Source: an uncultured Alphaproteobacteria bacterium
GTDB lineage: Bacteria; Pseudomonadota; Alphaproteobacteria; UBA828
DNA: 54,707 bases
Reading direction: 5' to 3'
Assembly: GCA_913053235.1 (NCBI GenBank)
Contig: CAJXFT010000003.1
Location: forward strand, 1-54,707
Shown here piece after piece: positions 50,313 through 54,707 of the stretch (positions are counted from its first letter, which is position 1; every line of letters starts with the position of its first letter). Position numbers and translations under genes: made by a program. Under the pieces are notes generated by a model. The model had not been told where the DNA came from and made no database searches. It saw nothing but the letters and a program-made list of their open reading frames with translations.

Positions 50313-52073
50313 TTAAGCCGCGCCGGAAAGGACGTTACGGCCGCGCACGGCTTCCACGAAAGTCTCCAGCGGCATCGGCTTGGCGAGGAAATAACCTTGT
50401 ACCGAAGAGCATTTTTTTGAGTTCAGGAATTTGAGCTGTCCCGCGTTCTCGACGCCTTCCGCGGTGACGTCGATGCCCAATCCGTTGCCGAGGCGAATCA
50501 CGGCGCGGGTGATCGCACGGTCGCCGAATTGGTTTTCGACGCCGGCGATAAAAGATTGATCTATTTTCAGCCGGTCCACCGGCAGATGTTTCAAATAGGC
50601 CAGGGAAGAGTAACCGGTGCCGAAATCATCGATGGCGATTCGCACGCCCTCGTCGCGCAAGCGCTGCAGCGCCTCGGCCGCTTCCTCGAAATCCCGCATA
50701 ACCGTGTTTTCGGTCAATTCCAGTTCGAGCAGAGTGGGATCCAGGCGGCTGTCTTGAAGTGTCCTGAGGACTATTTCGACAATACCGGAGCGCTTGAACT
50801 GCGACGGTGAAACATTGACCGCCACGCCGACATCTTTCAGGCCCTGGCCTTGCCAGGCCATGCAGTCCTTACAGGCGGTGAGCAGCATGCGCTCGCCAAG
50901 CCGGTCGATGAGTCCGTCGGATTCGGCGATGGGAATAAACTCTGACGGGGAGATGTAACCCTCACCGTCCGGGCGCCACCGTGCCAGTGCCTCGGCGCCG
51001 ATAACCTGCCCGCCCGTTACGTCGAAAACCGGCTGGTAGTGCGCGGTGAAATCGCCGTGATCGAGGGCCTGGCGCATGGCGCGGCCCATGCTGCGTTTGC
51101 GCTTGATTTCTTCGCTCAGATTGGCATCAAAGTAACGGTAGGTATTGCCGCCCTCGGCCTTGGCGCGGTACATCGCCATATCCGCATTGGCCAGCAGCCT
51201 TTCGATATTGTCTTCATCCGATGGGTAGAGCGAGATTCCAATACTTGAGCTGGTGTGGACGTTGTGGCCGACAATCATGAAAGGCTCCGACAAGGCCGCC
51301 AGAATCTTGTTCGCCACCACTTCGGCGCCGCCGCCATCCTCGATATGGGTGGCAACGATGGCGAATTCATCGCCGCCGAGGCGGGCGACCGTGTCGGTCT
51401 CGCGGCAACAATCGCGCAGGCAGTCGGCCACTTTTCTGAGCAGGTGATCGCCCATCATGTGGCCCATATCGTCGTTGACCCGCTTGAAGCGATCCAAATC
51501 GAGAAAGAAGATCGCCAATTGCCGGCCGGTGCGGTTGGCCACCGCAATCTCATGGCGCAACATGCGGTGAAAATGCGTGCGATTGGCCAGACCGGTCAGT
51601 TCGTCGAAATCGGCGAGGGCAGCCAGGCGCGATTCGGTGCGCTTGCGTTCGATGCCGTAGCGGATGGCGCGCCTCAGGAGCGGCGCCGTCACCTGATCCT
51701 TGACGAAATAATCCACCACACCGGACGCCATGGCTTCCGCGTCGATGCGGTGATCGTCGCGATCGGTCAGTAGGATAAACGGCAAGCCGTGTTTTGCCTC
51801 GGCGGCGTCGCGAACCAAGTCCAATCCGGTTTTGCCGGCCAAGTCGAAATTCACCAGGCAGGCGTCAAACTGCTTGGATTCGATCACCCGCATGGCCTCT
51901 TCATGGCCAGTGGCTATGCTCACGCTGTAATTGATATTCTTGGATTTACCGCAAGACGCAGTGGTCAGCAGACGGTCAATTTCGTGACAGCCAACCAGCA
52001 GGAGGTTTAGTTCGGCCCGCTTCTGTTCCGACGGCAATTGCAACGCGCGATTCCTCGAGTTCCAATTCTGCAT
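50313..52073 (-). CDS. receiver-like + GGDEF + EAL c-di-GMP signalling protein
   Basis: DELTGLANR, DLDRFK.VND..GH..GD, RETD...RLGGDEF, EALARW, ELTE, DDFGTGYSSL, KID, AEGVE, QGY. Confidence 0.92.
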   Translation of the reverse strand: MQNWNSRNRALQLPSEQKRAELNLLLVGCHEIDRLLTTASCGKSKNINYSVSIATGHEEAMRVIESKQFDACLVNFDLAGKTGLDLVRDAAEAKHGLPFILLTDRDDHRIDAEAMASGVVDYFVKDQVTAPLLRRAIRYGIERKRTESRLAALADFDELTGLANRTHFHRMLRHEIAVANRTGRQLAIFFLDLDRFKRVNDDMGHMMGDHLLRKVADCLRDCCRETDTVARLGGDEFAIVATHIEDGGGAEVVANKILAALSEPFMIVGHNVHTSSSIGISLYPSDEDNIERLLANADMAMYRAKAEGGNTYRYFDANLSEEIKRKRSMGRAMRQALDHGDFTAHYQPVFDVTGGQVIGAEALARWRPDGEGYISPSEFIPIAESDGLIDRLGERMLLTACKDCMAWQGQGLKDVGVAVNVSPSQFKRSGIVEIVLRTLQDSRLDPTLLELELTENTVMRDFEEAAEALQRLRDEGVRIAIDDFGTGYSSLAYLKHLPVDRLKIDQSFIAGVENQFGDRAITRAVIRLGNGLGIDVTAEGVENAGQLKFLNSKKCSSVQGYFLAKPMPLETFVEAVRGRNVLSGAA

Positions 52074-52166
52074 CCAGCCCTGAGCGCCACAATGAGTGCC
52101 GTCTTGCGGCTGTTCTCCAATGGTCTACGCCAACCGATGTAAGCGCTGTAACCATATATTTGCAAA

Positions 52167-52182
52167 GTTAGTATTCCGTTAA
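52167..52182. promoter_or_regulatory. possible CtrA box upstream of the GGDEF-EAL gene
   Basis: Minus strand TTAA-cggaata-CTAAC, one mismatch from TTAA-N7-TTAAC. Confidence 0.4.
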
Positions 52183-52238
52183 ATCTAGCCGGTCATGGGA
52201 GGAAATTGAGGTTTCACCTGAAACCAGATACGCGCGCC

Positions 52239-52853
52239 TCAAGCGACATCGCCGACGGCGATGCCGTATTCCGCCGCCGCGTCCTCCAGCCACACCCACA
52301 GATAGGCGGCGAAACTCCAGGCGACGTGAATGTCGTAGGCGGGGGCGTCGTCTGTCTGGTGCAGCAATATGGCGGCGCGGGCGAGGCGGGTCTGGGCGCA
52401 ATGGCCGGTTTGGAAGGCGCGCGGATGGAGGTCGAGGCCGCAGCCCTTCTCCAGAACCTGGCGCGCGCGCGGCCCGGACAACGTCAACACGGTGCGCGCA
52501 TCGCTGACATCGCTGAGCGCCGCATGATGGCCGGCGGCGGCCTGGAACAAAGCTTCGAAGAGCGCGATTTCCTGCCCCGTCGGAACCGTGACCAGCCATT
52601 CGTCGGGGCCCAGCCACAGGGCGCCCCGGCCGCCGGCGCCGTTTGTCCGGTTGGGCTCGCGCGGCAGACCGTAACCGAGAACATTTTCGATCGCCCCCAT
52701 CAACGCCACATCGGCGGAATCGGCGCGCAGATTGATCTTGCCGAGAGAGCGCTTTTCCGCCAAATGCACCAGGGCGTCCGGGCCGGATTGCGCGTCGCGG
52801 TCGCCGAGATGAAGCGTCGCCAGGGGGCTCAGGCGCTGGGATGGATCAGACAT
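52239..52853 (-). CDS. soxG: sarcosine oxidase gamma subunit
   Basis: INLR, LWLGPDEWL, DVSDART...L.G..AR.VL.KGC.LDLHPRAF, SFA.YL..WL.DAA. Overlaps the soxA stop. Confidence 0.92.
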   Translation of the reverse strand: MSDPSQRLSPLATLHLGDRDAQSGPDALVHLAEKRSLGKINLRADSADVALMGAIENVLGYGLPREPNRTNGAGGRGALWLGPDEWLVTVPTGQEIALFEALFQAAAGHHAALSDVSDARTVLTLSGPRARQVLEKGCGLDLHPRAFQTGHCAQTRLARAAILLHQTDDAPAYDIHVAWSFAAYLWVWLEDAAAEYGIAVGDVA

Positions 52854-54707
52854 TCAGGCGCTCTCCCTGGGCGTCGTAAAATACCGGGCTGACGATTTCC
52901 GCCTTTACCACGCGCCCCTCCAAGGTCAGCGGGATGGTGACCGTCTCGCCGATGCGCTCGCGCCCGCCCATGATCAGCGCCAGGGCGATGGGCCGCTCGA
53001 GCGCGGCGCTGTCGTAGCATGAGGTGACATGGCCGATCATCTTCATCGGCGGCCGGCGGCGATGTTCGGCGACGATCTGCGCCCCCTCGGGAACGCGCGC
53101 CTCGGGCAAGAGGCCGACCAATTGCTTGCGGTCGGGGCGAACGGTATCGGAGCGCGCCAGCGAGCGGCGGCCGAGAAAATCCTTCTTGGTGCTGACGATC
53201 CAAGCCATGCCGAGATCGCCCGGCGTCACCGATCCGTCGGTATCGTGGCCGACCGCGATATAGCCCTTCTCGGCGCGCAGCACATGCAGCGCCTCGGTGC
53301 CGAGCGGCGTCAGGTCGTAATTCTCGCCGACCCTCAGAAAAGCCTGCCACAGCGCCAATCCGTAACTGGTGGCAACGCTGACCTCATAGCCGAGCTCGCC
53401 GGTAAAACTGACCCGGAAGATGCGCGCATCGATGCCCGCCACCCGGCCTTCGCGCACCGCCATATGGGGAAAGGCTTCAGGCGCCAGATCGACGCCCTCG
53501 GCGAGCTCGCTCAGCAGCCGCCTGGCGTTGGGTCCGGAAACCGAGAGCGTCGCCCATTGCTCGCTCACCGATGTCAGATAGACCTTGAGGTCCGGCCACT
53601 CGCATTGCAGCCAGTCTTCCATCCACGCCATCACCCGCGCGGCGCCGCCGGTGGTGGTGGTCATGAAATAATGCGCCTCGCCGAGGCGCGAGGTGACGCC
53701 ATCGTCCATCACCATGCCGTCCTCGCCCAACATCAGCCCGTAGCGGCAGCGCCCGACGGCGAGTGTGTTCCAGCCATTGGTATAGACGCGGTTGAGGAAT
53801 TCGGCGGCGTCGGGCCCGTGGATTTCGATCTTGCCGAGGGTGGAGGCGTCGAGAATCGCCACCCCGTTCCGCGCGGCGATGCATTCGCGGCGCACCGCGG
53901 CGGCCATGTTCTCGCCGGGGCGGGGATAGTACCAGGGCCGCTTCCACTGGCCGACATCGTCGAAGACGGCGCCCGAGCGTTCATGCCAGCCATGCATCGC
54001 GGTCATGCGCACCGGATCCGCCAGCACGCCGACATCGCGCCCGGCCATGGCGCCGTAGGGCACCGGCGCATAGGGCGGGCGGAACGTGGTGGTGCCGATT
54101 TCGGCGATCGAGGCGCCGCGAATATCGGCCAGGATGGCCAGCGCGTGCACGTTTCCCGTCCGCCCCTGGTCGGGGCCCATGCCGGCGCTGGTGTAGCGTT
54201 TCATATGTCCGACCGCGCCGTAGCCCTCGCGCGCCGCCAGTTCGATATCGGACACCGTGACGTCGTTATGGAGGTCGACAAAGCGCCTCTCGCCCTTGGC
54301 GACCGGCGGCAAATGCCAAACCGGCGTGATGGGGGATTGTTCCGGCGCGCTCACGGGCAGGGCTTCAGGCGCCCCAGGCTCCTCGAACCCGGCCTTCGCC
54401 GCCGCCGCGCGGCCCGCCGCCGCGCCGCCGGCGAGACAGCCCTGGAGGGCAAAGACGCCGTTTGCCGCGCCCGCCATTGAGACCGCCTGGCGCGCTTCGC
54501 CGGGCACGAAACAGGCCTGATTTTCGTCGAATTCGAGCTTGCCGCCGGCTTGCGAAAACAGGTGGAGGGTGGGATTCCATCCCCCCGAGAGGCACAGCAG
54601 ATCGCAGCGCAGGCGCCGGATATCGCCGGCGTAGCCGTCGCCCTTGTCGTTGAGGGCCAGCACTTCGACAGCGCTCAGGTGCTTCGAGCCGAGCGCGCCG
54701 CCGACGG
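52846..54707 (-). CDS. soxA: sarcosine oxidase alpha subunit, 5' part beyond window
   Basis: SGGWNP, FVDLHNDVT, HMKRYT..GMG.DQG, TTFRPPY, DASTLGKI, DDGV, RVSFTGELGYE, LRAEKG, GHVTS. The frame stays open to the window edge. Confidence 0.93.
   Translation of the reverse strand, partial: VGGALGSKHLSAVEVLALNDKGDGYAGDIRRLRCDLLCLSGGWNPTLHLFSQAGGKLEFDENQACFVPGEARQAVSMAGAANGVFALQGCLAGGAAAGRAAAAKAGFEEPGAPEALPVSAPEQSPITPVWHLPPVAKGERRFVDLHNDVTVSDIELAAREGYGAVGHMKRYTSAGMGPDQGRTGNVHALAILADIRGASIAEIGTTTFRPPYAPVPYGAMAGRDVGVLADPVRMTAMHGWHERSGAVFDDVGQWKRPWYYPRPGENMAAAVRRECIAARNGVAILDASTLGKIEIHGPDAAEFLNRVYTNGWNTLAVGRCRYGLMLGEDGMVMDDGVTSRLGEAHYFMTTTTGGAARVMAWMEDWLQCEWPDLKVYLTSVSEQWATLSVSGPNARRLLSELAEGVDLAPEAFPHMAVREGRVAGIDARIFRVSFTGELGYEVSVATSYGLALWQAFLRVGENYDLTPLGTEALHVLRAEKGYIAVGHDTDGSVTPGDLGMAWIVSTKKDFLGRRSLARSDTVRPDRKQLVGLLPEARVPEGAQIVAEHRRRPPMKMIGHVTSCYDSAALERPIALALIMGGRERIGETVTIPLTLEGRVVKAEIVSPVFYDAQGERLNV

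Overview
GC-rich (about 65% by eye), gene-dense catabolic region, most consistent with an alphaproteobacterium (SAM-II riboswitch, CtrA-like boxes, split MetH). No rRNA, tRNA, CRISPR array, transposase or integrase was recognised. Left to right: a TPR + GT41-like glycosyltransferase (missed by the ORF track, runs off the left edge); hydantoinase/oxoprolinase pair 1; dusA; a SAM-II riboswitch before metF and a split metH; an SDR; a translationally coupled six-gene operon (Mo-hydroxylase FAD subunit, fused 2Fe-2S/Mo subunit, 6-hydroxynicotinate reductase, UPF0280/ApbE-like protein, hydantoinase/oxoprolinase pair 2) downstream of a NicR-like MarR gene, with a palindromic operator and a leaderless promoter; a cluster of tartrate/D-malate dehydrogenase, FAD oxidase, two tandem SDRs, crotonase, CoA ligase, a 71-aa Cys4 protein and hydantoinase/oxoprolinase pair 3; an AT-rich HEPN-like singleton; an anthraniloyl-CoA (abm-type) operon converging on kynU; a 43-aa small ORF and a lambda-crystallin-like dehydrogenase; larC-larE-larB with no larA; an IlvD/Edd dehydratase and SMP-30 lactonase; a structured intergenic RNA candidate; an internally deleted ThDP enzyme; a pseudo-receiver GGDEF-EAL protein; soxG and partial soxA. 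Best leads: (1) a reductive nicotinate pathway in which an ATP-dependent lactamase appears to replace enamidase; (2) a possible three-subunit ketone carboxylase or lactamase pathway; (3) orphan nickel-pincer cofactor genes; (4) a ~100-200 nt structured ncRNA. All family calls come from motif reading and recall, not database searches.
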